64,000 nucleotides of DNA from Chrysomallon squamiferum (taxonomy: Eukaryota; Animalia; Mollusca): assembly GCA_012295275.1 (NCBI GenBank), contig CM022670.1, positions 6,882,001 to 6,946,000 of the forward strand, written 5' to 3'. Numbering within the stretch: the stretch's first letter is position 1; each line of letters starts with the position of its first letter. Positions 41,048 to 53,638 of the stretch are shown piece after piece. Both the position numbers and the translations under genes were made by a program. The notes under the pieces are model-generated. The model was not told the DNA's origin, did no database searches, and was given only the letters and a program-made list of their open reading frames with translations.

Positions 41048-42979
41048 TGATGATGATGATGATGACTATGATAATGACTACAATAACAACAACAATACTA
41101 CTAATAATATATATTGATAATGATGGTATTAATGATAATGACGTCGATAACAATGAAAATAATGTTTGCTATAAAGAAATCGATGATGAAGATGACAAAT
41201 AAAAGGTCGAAGACTGGTTACCTTGTAAGAATGTTGTCAGACCGGCGCTTTCCACCATCTGTTTCAGCGTGCTGAATTGGGGGTCGTTGGCGAGGACGTC
41301 GATGACGCTGCCGACTGGAGGAATCATGACGTCATTTAACTCGTGCACGATGCCGTTATCTGCCTTGAGTCCTGCGTGGAAGATTTTCACCCCTTCTACA
41401 GCAATGTGCTACAATAAATAAATTTAAAATATACAAAATATCAACACACAGTCACAACAGGTTTCAGCTTTTTTTTTATAACAGTAATGATGGACAATTT
41501 TTTTTTTCGTCTCTTAAGCAGAAAATAGGAAACCATTGTTTCTTACAGGCCTCTGACTGTAGAAAGAAACAGTCCATTTAAAGTAACAAACTGAACTGTT
41601 CTAGCGATCAAATAAAATCAATACCCGAGCTTCGTTCCTCCCTGTTTTGTTGTGGTTTCGATAATAAACACTGCTGTCATTATATCATGTCGAAATATTT
41701 TAACTTAATGAAGTGAAGAATTATCTACATCTATATTTATAATGTAAAACACGTAGAATGTATACAAATCTGTAATAACCAATGAATACTGTCTGGACAT
41801 GTTATCTCTCTACCAGTCTGTGCCTATCACCTACAACCTATCAACGACTTAATTACCCACTGTTCAGTTCTTATTTCATCCATTCAACCATCTAGATATC
41901 AATTTTTTCATCCACTCATCCGTCTATCCATTCATCTGTCCATCTGTCTGTTTGTTTACAGTGTCTCTAACTTACATTGTTGAACAAATAGTGGTTGATT
42001 CTGATGTCGTGTCCTTCCATGGACTTTATCTTCTTCTCGTTAACTTTCAGATCGCTGGTCTGGATGATGCTGCCGTTCACGATGTGGTACTTGACGACGG
42101 CCGCCAGCACTGCCGTATCGTTTTTCAGTCTTTGCGCTGTGTCGGAGTCCATACGTCTGAAGGCGTGGTTCGTTGGAGCGAAAACAGTGAACGGTCCTTC
42201 GAAAAGTTAGAAATGTTGATTTGTTTAACAGCGCAGCCTGAGATTATTCATTATTTGTATGCCTGGATTTTATTGATAGTCAAATTCAGACATTGATATT
42301 TCAGAAAAAAAAGATAGCTGCATTCATCCTTTATTAGCAAGGAGTCTTTTGAACAACCTTACAAGAAAATAATATGACTGTTTGTGGTTGTAGTTGTTGC
42401 ATGCTGATGAAGATGTGAAATTAATCAAGAAACTACATTTAGACATCTACGCCTGACAGTTTTCCATAATTTTATCAGATAATAATAATAATAAGAAGAA
42501 GAAGAAGAAGGAGAAGAAGAAGAAGAAGAAAAAGAAGAACAAGAACAAGAACAACAACAACAACATCTACAAGAATAAGACAAGGACAGGACGACAACAA
42601 GAACATGAAAAACAAAAGCAAAAAAAAAAAAAAAAAACAAAAAAACAACTGAAATACAATACAAAGAAGTTCGAAAAAAGATGAAACACAAGGAGAAGAA
42701 GAAGAAAATAAATCTTTCACCATTCCATCATCTGAACTTGATAGATCGATAACATTGAAAATAAATAACTATATATGTTTACGCTAACACTGAGAATATT
42801 CATAAAACTAAAACAAAATAATATAAAAAAATACCTGTTCCTCTCAACACATCGGATAAGCCGGCGTTGTTAATGTCGTTAATAAAGGTCGTCATTCTGT
42901 GGTACTGTAACACGTCGATCACTGTCCCGTGCTGTCCCAGGACACACCCCACCCCCAGCAGTAGCAAGAAAACCTTCAT
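38362..42979 (-). CDS. Secreted fasciclin (two FAS1 domains; periostin/TGFBI-like), 306 aa
   Basis: Exons 42979-42835, 42196-41976, 41408-41222, 40944-40843, 39549-39436, 38513-38362 (921 nt). Signal-peptide-like start MKVFLLLLGVGCVLG. FAS1 motifs GPFTVFAPTNHAF, KYHIV, ADNGIVHELNDVMIPP; then ITMFAPTNDAF, KYHVVPG, ATNGVVHKLAKVNIPP. AATAAA at 38341-38346 (-). Confidence 0.92.
38526..38960. repeat. ~64-bp minisatellite, ~6 copies, next to the acceptor of the last fasciclin exon
   Basis: Unit aacatcagtattaataacgtatttaaattatagcattaacaatgtctgaccgtcaaaataacac. Confidence 0.85.
39880..40865. repeat. 58-bp minisatellite, ~16-17 copies, containing the exon-4 end and splice donor of the minus-strand fasciclin
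   Basis: Unit ggtaaggagggcaggctgtctgtatttattactaagaagagaaggttgtcttcttact; the last copy merges into exon sequence near 40843-40865. Confidence 0.92.
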
Positions 42980-43173
42980 GGTTGCTGGAACAGAAAGACA
43001 AACTGTCTGTTGAGTTAGAAAACAGAAATCAACAGTTTACCGAGGTAAGACGTGAGAACACGTCCATCTGTTAAACACACGTCTCCTGGTATCTCTGAGT
43101 TCTTTTGACTTTAGACATTTTTTTAATTTTATGTCAAGGTGTATGTGTCATTTAGTCCGTCGACAATCAGTCA

Positions 43174-43276
<103 letters not shown>

Positions 43277-43690
43277 TGTATCTGGGTGTATGTATGTATG
43301 TGTGCGTGTATCTATGTATCTAAGTACATACGTACATTTGTATGTATGTATGTATGTATGCATGCACATATGTATTATAAGTGTGTAAGTATGTATGTAT
43401 TATGTATGTATTTATGTATGTACGTGTGTATGTTCGTTTGTATGTATTTATGTATGTATTTGTGTATGTTCGTTTGTATGTATTTATGTATGTCTTTGTG
43501 TTTGTTCGTTTGTATGTATGTATGTATGTCTTTGTGTATGTTCGTTTGTATGTATTTATGTATGTATTTGTGTATGTTCGTTTGTATGTATTTGTGTGAG
43601 TATTTATGTTTTGATGAAAGGATGGACGGATGATGGTTATGCATATTATTGTTAGTATTATTGTTATTATTATTGTTATTATTATTGTTA

Positions 43691-43760
<70 letters not shown>

Positions 43761-44057
43761 TTTCATACCTGTTTTAATTTCACTACCGAATGTGACCTTA
43801 TTCTACACTTTGTGTTTTATCGTTTGTTAGGTTGTTTTACTCTTTCTTTATCCTAATCTTCAGAAGACAAACATCTGCCGAGTTTACCCGGAGTCTCACG
43901 ATAGCATGGTTATTTTCACGTATTTACTCTCAGTAGAAACGTACATTCACATAGTGTTATAATGTTTGGTATATATTTTGTGTCTGTATCCATAAATATC
44001 TCCACAGCTGTTGGAACAAAAAAGCAACTCAGAAATCAGTCTGTTGAATTAGGGGAC

Positions 44058-44137
44058 AGAAGACTTAACAGTTTGTTTTATAAATAAATATATATATAGT
44101 TATTTATTTATTTATAAAACAAACTGTTAAGTCTTCT
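44058..44137. repeat. Perfect 33-bp inverted repeat with 14-nt spacer
   Basis: agaagacttaacagtttgttttataaataaata (44058-44090) is the exact reverse complement of 44105-44137; followed by (TA)n. Confidence 0.85.
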
Positions 44138-44543
44138 TATATATATATATATATATATATGTTAAATTATATGATGTGATTCTGTGGTGACTGAAACATA
44201 AAAGTAGAGATATAAAGTAGTATATTATAAAATAAAAACTTAGTAATATTTTTATCTATGTTTAGATTTTGACTGGAATACATTGTTTAAATGGTTCTGT
44301 TGTTTGTATATCAGTCAGATATATTTATTTACCATCACCATTTTTACACACTAAGGCAGTGTTATGTTATAATATTTGAATATTAGAGAATATTACTGTA
44401 TAACCAAAACAAGACAATATCAGATTGGCATTTTTTAAGGTTAATTAGAGAATAGTTTGAAAGAAACTACTGTTATATAAATACTGTTAGGAAATCTTCT
44501 TTCCAAAGAATAAATGTAGACAACTTGCCCTGATCTTTACAAA

Positions 44544-44643
<100 letters not shown>

Positions 44644-44800
44644 ATATATATATATAAATAAGCCGATGCCAGGAAACGATCTCATATTCCTACCATTATT
44701 AAGGTCATTAACAAGTGTTACTTTACTAACCACGTGACGTCTTATCAGCCAGGACTTGGACAGCGAGACCTCAGTCTGCTTCTGCTCTACAACAGTCGCC

Positions 44801-45139
44801 ATGTTCTCTGTCGTTCTTGTTACAATATGTTTGGGTACGCTGGTTCAAGCCATGCCCAACCTGGTAGAACTGGCTACAAGTCTCAACGCCACCCGCTTTG
44901 TCACTCTCGTGCAGCAGGCCGGACTTACTGACCACCTGAAAACTGCAGGTACAGCTCTGATAGATATACAGTTTTATAGCGATTTTTAAATTTTTAAAAA
45001 AAAATTGTTTTTTTAAATGTTTAATGTTTAAGTATCTTGTTCTTGTTCTTCTTCGTCTTCTTCTTTGTTGTGTTTTTCGTCTTCGTCTTCGTCTATTTCG
45101 TCATTTTCTTTTTCTTCTTTTCTTCTTCTTCTTCTTCTT

Positions 45140-45170
<31 letters not shown>

Positions 45171-45960
45171 TTATTATTATTATTATTATTATTATTTTAT
45201 TTTGTATCTAAAATAATGCTTATATATTTATTTGTTTCTTTATTATCTATTTATCTATCTATATATGTGAGTGTGTATGTATGTGTGTATATATATGTCC
45301 ATCTCACTATCTTTCTCTCTTTCTGTCTATCTTTCTTTCTGCCTATCTATCTATCTATCTATATGTAAATAGATATAGATATATCATTCTTTCTTTCTGT
45401 CTCTGTGCATGATTATTTGAATGTCAATCAGTCTTTTTATTTCATTATTAAAAATGTCAGTCTTCAAGTCCTACTACATCAAAACGAAAGTATAAACAAA
45501 TTAAACTAACATTTCCAGGACCCTACACACTCATTATTCCCACTGACGCGGCCTTCGCTGCGGTCCCCCAGGCTGACATGGACAAGATAGTGAGCAACTC
45601 GGCATCGCTCAAAGACCTCATTCAGTACCACACTCTGATCGGCGAAGTGTTCGGCTGGGATCTCACCTACGGCGGAAGAATAACTCCGACAGCCAATGGT
45701 CACTCGGTGAGAGTGTCTGAGAACCAGAACGTACGCATTTCCTTGTATCCAAACTGTACAGGATGCGTTTTGTTCTGTCTTTGTGTACAAAGTCATGTTT
45801 TATATTTTAGGGATACTTTTGTTTTGATTGTTTGTTTTATTTTATTTTATTTTATTTGTTTTTTCGTTCGTTCGTTCGTTCGTTCGTTCGTTCGTTTGTT
45901 TCAATTCATTTCATTTTATTTTATTTCATTTCATTTTATTTTATTTTATTTTATTTTATT

Positions 45961-46007
<47 letters not shown>

Positions 46008-47244
46008 TTTTATTTTACTGTATTTTTATTTTATTTTTTTTTATTTTATTTTATTTCATTTCTTTTCATTTATTTATTTATGTATTTATGTATTTATGTA
46101 TTTACTTATTTATTACTGAAGATGATAAAGCATATTACTTAGACATGCATAACGAGACTAAGAAGTTTCAGAAATTCATGTAAATGTATGTTAATTTCTT
46201 TATCCATCTAATCTCACTGTAATTATTATTTTAAAAATGTATTGCAAAATCATCCCTAATTTAAAATATGTATAGCTATCATTTATTCATTTATGCATTT
46301 ATTCATGACTCTATTCTTCATATTATGTTGCATCCAATCGTAAAATGACGGTGTGATGCATTTTAACATCGTACACCAGTTCAACCCAACGTTAATATGA
46401 ATTTTCAAGTGCAGCGTAATCCTTAATTATACCGAAATACAAGCAAAAAAATTTACTCTTTATCACATCGCAGTAATTTAAATATTACTTTTAATGCAAT
46501 ACTGTCAGGATCGGATATAAGACTTTGTTAAGACCGTGTTTATATAACAGGTGAAATGAAATTATTACAGTCTCTAAGCCAGAGTCTCAAACACGGGGCC
46601 CGCGGGCCGCATGCCGCTCATAGACTAATTATATATTTATGGCCCACGACTGTCCCTTTGTCCCACGCATGTAAATCTGCTCTGTCATTGCCACAGGCTT
46701 GCCGTATTCCAGAAAATAAGATCTAATATTCAATAAAATATTTGATATATTACATTTATTTATTTATTTATCAGCTTTGCTGTGCATCTCCTGAAAATTA
46801 TAACTCTTTCACCTCCCCCATTCCAAACCCTTTATTCTTGGCACGTTGGATCTCTTCTCGAGTATATAATGACCCTTTTCTTTCCTTGAGTTTGAAACCC
46901 CTGCTCTAATCTTTAATTTTTTTTTTTTTTTTTTACGATAATGCGATTTCGGGTGTTGATATTGCTGTACGAATTGTTGAGAAATGTTTTTCAGACTGTG
47001 TTTTTCAACAACGCTAAGGTGCTGAAGATAGAAACCGAGGCTTCTAACGGACTCGTGTATCTGATCGACACAGTGCTAGACGTTCCTGAGGGAACAGTTC
47101 TCAGCGTGCTTGAGAAGTACAACCTGACAACCTTCGTACAGGCCGTCCACAAAATACGTTACGCCGTCACGTTAAACCATACGTCAGGTATACGTTTGTC
47201 TGTTCGTTTATTTATTTATTATTATTTTTTATTATTATTATTAC

Positions 47245-47310
<66 letters not shown>

Positions 47311-48932
47311 TTATTATTATTATTTATTTTTTTTTTTTTTTTTTTTTTTTCAGTCTATCGGCACTTCACGGTTTTTGCTCCAGATGACGCTGCATTCCAG
47401 AAACTGGACAAAGCCCAACGAGATCACATTCTAGGCAGTACAACCTATGCATCAGGTATAAATACGTTCTAGACAGTACTACCTATGCATCAGGTATAAA
47501 TACGTTCTAGGCAGTACTACCTATGCATCAGGTATAAATACGTTCTAGGCAGTACTACCTATGCATCAGGTATAAATACGTTCTAGACAGTACTACCTAT
47601 GCATCAGGTATAAATACGTTCTAGGCAGTACAACCTATGCATCAGGTATAAATACGTTCTAGGCAGTACTATCTATCCTTCTATTATTAAATATATTGTG
47701 ATATTATGCAACTGATTATTTGTTGCCCAATATTTGTTTCGTATAAAATAGTGGTACATGCTAATCCACCCCAACGGTCATTCATACTGATTATGGGTAA
47801 TGGATTTTACTATCTTTAGTTTCACTTTAACTGTGGTCTTTCGAAGATCAGCCATGAACCATAATGTTGAATGTAGAGTAAAAAGGAGAGAGGGAGAATT
47901 GAACCTATAACCTGACGCATCTCCTGCCAGTGACCTCACAGTTGAAAACAGACAGCTAGCTACCTTATTAAATCACATCATAAAATTATTATTTTTTTAA
48001 ATTGTATTACGTTTAAAATTTTATTACATCAGTCTATTTATCTGTGATTGTCTGTCTGTCTTTCTAGAAATCTGTGTAGCTGTCTGTCTGTTTTTCTGGA
48101 AATCCGGGTTTGTCTCATTGTTAATTTCATTATTTTCACAGAACTAGTTCGTTACCACATCCACGACGGATATTTGCACATCAAAAGTCTTGACCACAAC
48201 GGCAATATCGGCACTTTGCTCGGTGGTCACGTGATCGGCGTTGACATTAGCAGTAAGAAGCATTTAATTCAGTCAGATACAATATTTAAATTATGAGTCT
48301 GATAAAATATTTATCAATTTGATAAAATATTTAAATTATCTGCTATGATAAAAAGTTTAAATAAACTAATTTTATCTGTACAATATTATAATTAAATTAT
48401 CAACTTATCATTGTGATAAGATGTAAACAAATTAAAATAATGAAAAAAAAGAAGAAAAAAAACATTAAAAAAACCCTTTATTTATTGATGTCATTGGCTC
48501 AGCCACAAAAGGCATGCTTGAATACTTCTATTATTAAGTACGTAATTCTCTACTATCGCCCACATCCCAAGTCTGTTTATTATGTAAAACAGGTCTGAAG
48601 CACTCTTACATTATTAGTACACTAACATACACACACACACACACATCGACAGACATACATTCATATGCACACCTAATTTTGTTTTACTTTGTAAAGTTAT
48701 TTTTTTTTCCATTACTACTACTACTACTACTACTACTTCTACTACTACTAGTAGTATACTACTACTACTTCTACTACTACTACTAGTATACTACTACTAC
48801 TTCTATTACTACTGCTACTACTACTACTATTATGATTATTACTATTATTTTTATGTTTATTATAAAATAATAGTAATAATCATAATAGCAATAGTAGTAG
48901 CAGTAGTAAAGGTAGTAGTAGTAGTAGCAATA

Positions 48933-48973
<41 letters not shown>

Positions 48974-49116
48974 GATTTTATTTTACAGATAATGATATTC
49001 GATTGAACAGGGTGGCTCGACTAAAACAGAGCGACATTGAATGTGATAACGGTGTTGTCCATATTATCGATCACGTCTTAATACCGAGTACACTTGGTGG
49101 TCAGATTATTGGCTAA
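44801..49116 (+). CDS. Secreted fasciclin (two FAS1 domains; periostin/TGFBI-like), 297 aa
   Basis: Exons 44801-44948, 45519-45730, 46995-47187, 47354-47455, 48142-48252, 48989-49116 (894 nt). Signal-peptide-like start MFSVVLVTICLGTLVQA. FAS1 motifs GPYTLIIPTDAAF, QYH, ASNGLVYLIDTVL; then FTVFAPDDAAF, RYHI, CDNGVVHIIDHVLIP; ends GGQIIG*. AATAAA shortly downstream. Confidence 0.92.
46580..46903. mobile_element. hAT (Charlie-like) MITE in intron 2 of the plus-strand fasciclin
   Basis: Imperfect TIRs CAGAGTCTCAAAC ... GTTTGAAACCCCTG; subterminal GGCCCGCGGGCCGCAT motif typical of Charlie-type hATs; 8-bp TSD ctctaagc / ctctaatc (7 of 8 match). Confidence 0.7.
47429..47671. repeat. 38-bp minisatellite, ~6 copies, made of the exon-4 end and splice donor of the plus-strand fasciclin
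   Basis: Unit ttctaggcagtac(a/t)acctatgcatcaG|GTataaatacg; the first copy begins inside exon 4. Confidence 0.92.
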
Positions 49117-49270
49117 AACACCGGAGAAATAAACACACAAAATATTCGTCCGGATAATACAGTGATTTGTAGTTACAAGAAAATTAAACTCTTGAAATAA
49201 AGATTTACTTTTTTTTTTTCTTTTTTTTTTTTTTTCCCCTAACAAAATATTAATGTGAACTATTTGGGAG

Positions 49271-49352
<82 letters not shown>

Positions 49353-50111
49353 TTCACGGTAACTAAAAACTTCTGTGAATTGCTAAAGCAATCTCATTTT
49401 TCAGTCTATATGACTATATTTACCTTGTTAATGGGTTTACATTCAAGTGTTACAGAACATTAAAAAAAAAACTTTACATTTTACCATTTTGATGCGGGAT
49501 CGAAATGGCCTACCTCCCAAAGGGTAACAATCCTGCGACGATTACCACTTCAGTAAATTATAATCTTTATAATTTGATATAAATTATTTTGATACATCTG
49601 AAGTGTTTATTGCTTGTCACCTGGGATTTGTAAAACGACGATTCGTTTTTTGTGTTGTGTTTATTCTAAGTTATAGCACAATTGTTTATCTCCGTCGTTT
49701 CGCGTTACCGCAAACCTTTACCAATCTAGACCGCGTCCGTACGCTTTTGATCGATTTGACAAGACTGTGTGAATAATCGAGACTAGTAACCCATCCGTGT
49801 CGGTCTGTTTCCAAACGACTAATCCCAATTAAACAACCCACTGCATGTGTCAGTCATTTTTCAAAAGCGATAATTTATTAATGGCGTTATGAAAAGACGT
49901 TAATATTACTCTGTGACAAAGGGATTTAAGGTATTACCTTTATCTATAGTCATCTCGTTGTGAATTACCTTTTTACAAGCTTTTTATACATTGATATTCT
50001 GTCTGTTAGACGCGTGTATATATCATAGTAAGAAGTATTAGTGCAAAGGTATACAGAAAAAAAAAAATAATAATAAATATGAGAGAGAGAAACTGAGAGA
50101 GACAAAGAGAA

Positions 50112-50256
<145 letters not shown>

Positions 50257-50791
50257 AAGAAAGAGAGAGAAAGAAAGAGATATAGAGAGTTTATTTCAGT
50301 ATTTGTAATGTTCTCCTTTTCCTTTCTTCTTTATTTATTTTTATTTTTATTCATTTATTTACTCGTTCACCTAGTCATCGTCCTTCTCCTATTATTACTG
50401 CTGCTTCTGCTGCTGATATTACCACTACTACTGCTATAACAGCAACTACTACTACTACTCATCGTTCTTACAAATAGTCTGCTAACGTACATAGGCTAGA
50501 TTCATACTGTTGCTAAAGATGATTGAAAAAGTAATAAACTTTGCTAGGCTAAGATAAACCAGATTACTTTTCATCAGTCTGTTTTAAAATGTTATTTTTT
50601 TTTTTATCCTGTCCTACATTTAACATGCACATCATTCTTTAATCCTCTACAAAACTAAGTTGTTAAAAATGTAGAAATAATCGTTATGAAATTTTCATTT
50701 TCGTCTCGAGATGATATGGCCTTTATTTATTTATATAATTTTTTTTTTTTTTTTTTTTTATCGTTATTTTTTTTATTTATTTATTTATTTT

Positions 50792-50846
<55 letters not shown>

Positions 50847-52932
50847 TTTAGGTGTTTCCAAATTTGCTTCTTCGTGTCGCGCCCAATCTTTTGTTTTCAC
50901 GATTCCCTGTCTGGTGAAGCAGAAGACGAAACAGGCCAGATAATGTAGAACCGAGTTTTCTTTCAAACGTAGCTTCGTATCATTCACACAACACTTCACA
51001 TTGTTAACTCATCTTAATCCGTGTGTCACCGCCTATATCTCATTTTAACACACTCATCCAGAAATAAGACACGAAAAAAACTTTATTGTTACAACTACAG
51101 CAGTCTCAACAAGAATTTCAACCAGTACTACTACTACTGCTGCTACTGCTGCTACTACTACTACTATTAACACTGTTACTACTACATCGACTACTGCTAT
51201 TACTACAACAATAACAACAATATCTACTACTATTAATGCTGTTGCTGCTGCTGCTACTACTATTATTATTACTACTACAGTAGCTACAGCAGCAACAACT
51301 ACTACTAATGCTACTATTCAACTACTATTCTACTACAGCAATAACAACAACATCTACTACTATTAATGCTGTTGCTGCTGCTGCTGCTACTACTATTATT
51401 ATTACTACAACAGTAGCTACAGCAGCAACAACTACTACTACTGCTAATATTCAACTACTATTCTACTGCAGAAACTGCTCCTCATATTACTGCAACTATT
51501 CTTATCGTTGCTAACATTCCTATTACAACTACTACTACTACTACTACTACAATCACTACCACTACCACTGCTGCCACTATGTTAATTGCCACAATAACTG
51601 CCATACTCCTACCATTATTACCACTACCACAACTACCACTACTACTATTACTACTACTACAACTACTTCTACTACTACTAGTACTACTGTTGCTACTACT
51701 ACTACTACAACTAACACTACTATTACTACTCTTACTATTATTGTCACTACTACTATTACTACTAATACTACTACAGCTATTAGTAGTTTTATTTCATTTA
51801 GCTGTGTTTAACAATTACACTTTTTTTGTCTTATATCCTGAGGGAAAATTACATTGATCATTTGAGACAACACTAAAAATACATTAAAACTGTGCATGTC
51901 AACGAAATACCTTACCAAAGCAACAAAATAAACGTCAATACAATAACTATGCTGTGAAAAATGATATAAAATTTTGTTGCTGTTGTTGTTGATGTTTATT
52001 TGTTTAGTTTTATTTCAACGATTTTTGAAGCTTCAGTAGTTTTAAATCGTTATTAATTTGAGATTATCTAAGGGTCCGGTAAGAATTAAATTTACTTATA
52101 TATTTATTTATATATTTTTTGTTTATTATTATATTTCAGTCGTCCATTAATTAATTAATTCATTTATTCATCGCCGTCTTTTTATTTATTGTTACCGTTT
52201 AATATTTATTTATTTATTTGTTAGTGTGTTTGTTTGTGTGTTTGTTTATTTATTTATTTATTTACTTACTTACTTATTTATTTGCTTGTTTGTTTGGTTA
52301 TCTATTTATTTTAAAAGAGCTTTTGTTTTTATGTTTGGCTGATTTGTTTTTTAAAATATTTACACATTTTTTTATTTTCCATTGTAGCTTATAATGGCCT
52401 TTGTGTAAGTTCAAAAAAATATAAAAATCTGTCTATATTGACCTCTGACCTGCTCTTTTCTACCTCCAGTTGAGTGGTAATCGAATTATGCACACACACA
52501 CAGTGATGGAATGTTGAGGTGCAGCGGACAGTTTGACACGAAGCCAGTTAATTTTCATTGACTTTAATGCACTGAATTCATTCACAGTGAACTAGCGGTG
52601 AAGACTCGTAGGTTCTAGGATCGTTTACCGCTATCTGCTTCCGCTGAAATCTCTCAGCGGAGAGGACATGCAAGTACAATTTACATCTACTACCTCTACC
52701 GTTATTACTATTTCTGCTACTACCACTACTTTTACTATTACCACTACTATCATTGCTACTGATACTACTACTACTAGTACGACTACTACTATTTCTACTA
52801 CTGCAATTACTACTACTTCTACTTCTACTGCCACTACAACTACTACAACTACTACTATTACTGATGCTACTACAACTGCAAGTTCTAATGCTGATAATGT
52901 TATGATATTCTAATAAACTATTTTTACAAATA

Positions 52933-53638
52933 CAGTATACCCTCACCTATTCGCGGTTCCCCATTCGCGGCCCCGCATATTCGCGGGTTAGGCTCTTAAC
53001 CATATCGCATCGTATGCTGGTATACCAGGCTAGCGTCATAACGTCATAAAAACAAATGCTCGGTAAACCGCACAAACAATATCAAATTTTTTCAATTATT
53101 ATTGCAATACAGTACGTATTTTTTTTATAAATGCATACACTGTATATACAGTGCATATTTTTTGTGACCGTGTATTAATAATGTTTTTAATTGCATATTA
53201 TTACCTGAACTGTGCGTACTGTATTTATCTGTCTGTTTTGCCTTTAAATTTGTTCCACTTTCTGTCAATTCTAATACATATGTTGTACGCATAGAAAATG
53301 ACTTTACGGTGCAGTAATACTGTATGGGTAACTATGCTATGCGGTGTTACTGTCCTCCTGTACTTACGTTTCTTTCTGATTAAAATATTGTTTCAGTACA
53401 AAATTAAAATGTGTTTACATTATCATTACTACATTAGTGAAATACATAACTGCATGCAATATTACTACATTATTACTGTATTAATGAGTAAGAGTGTCTT
53501 TAGAAAGTGTTTGGGAAGCATTTAGTACCGTATATAATCTCATAATAGACGTTTTAAAACTGCATCCAATATTCGCGGTTTTTCGCTATTCGCGGGGGGG
53601 TAAAGAACGTAACCCCCGCGAATAGCGAGGGAATACTG
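52933..53638. mobile_element. Non-autonomous DNA transposon (Tc1/mariner-pogo/Tigger-like MITE), near-intact
   Basis: TA|CAGTATACCCTCACCTATTCGCGG ... CCGCGAATAGCGAGGGAATACTG|TA: imperfect ~24-bp TIRs, TA target site, repeated subterminal ATTCGCGG motifs, no transposase ORF; second copy at 6485-7066. Confidence 0.85.
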
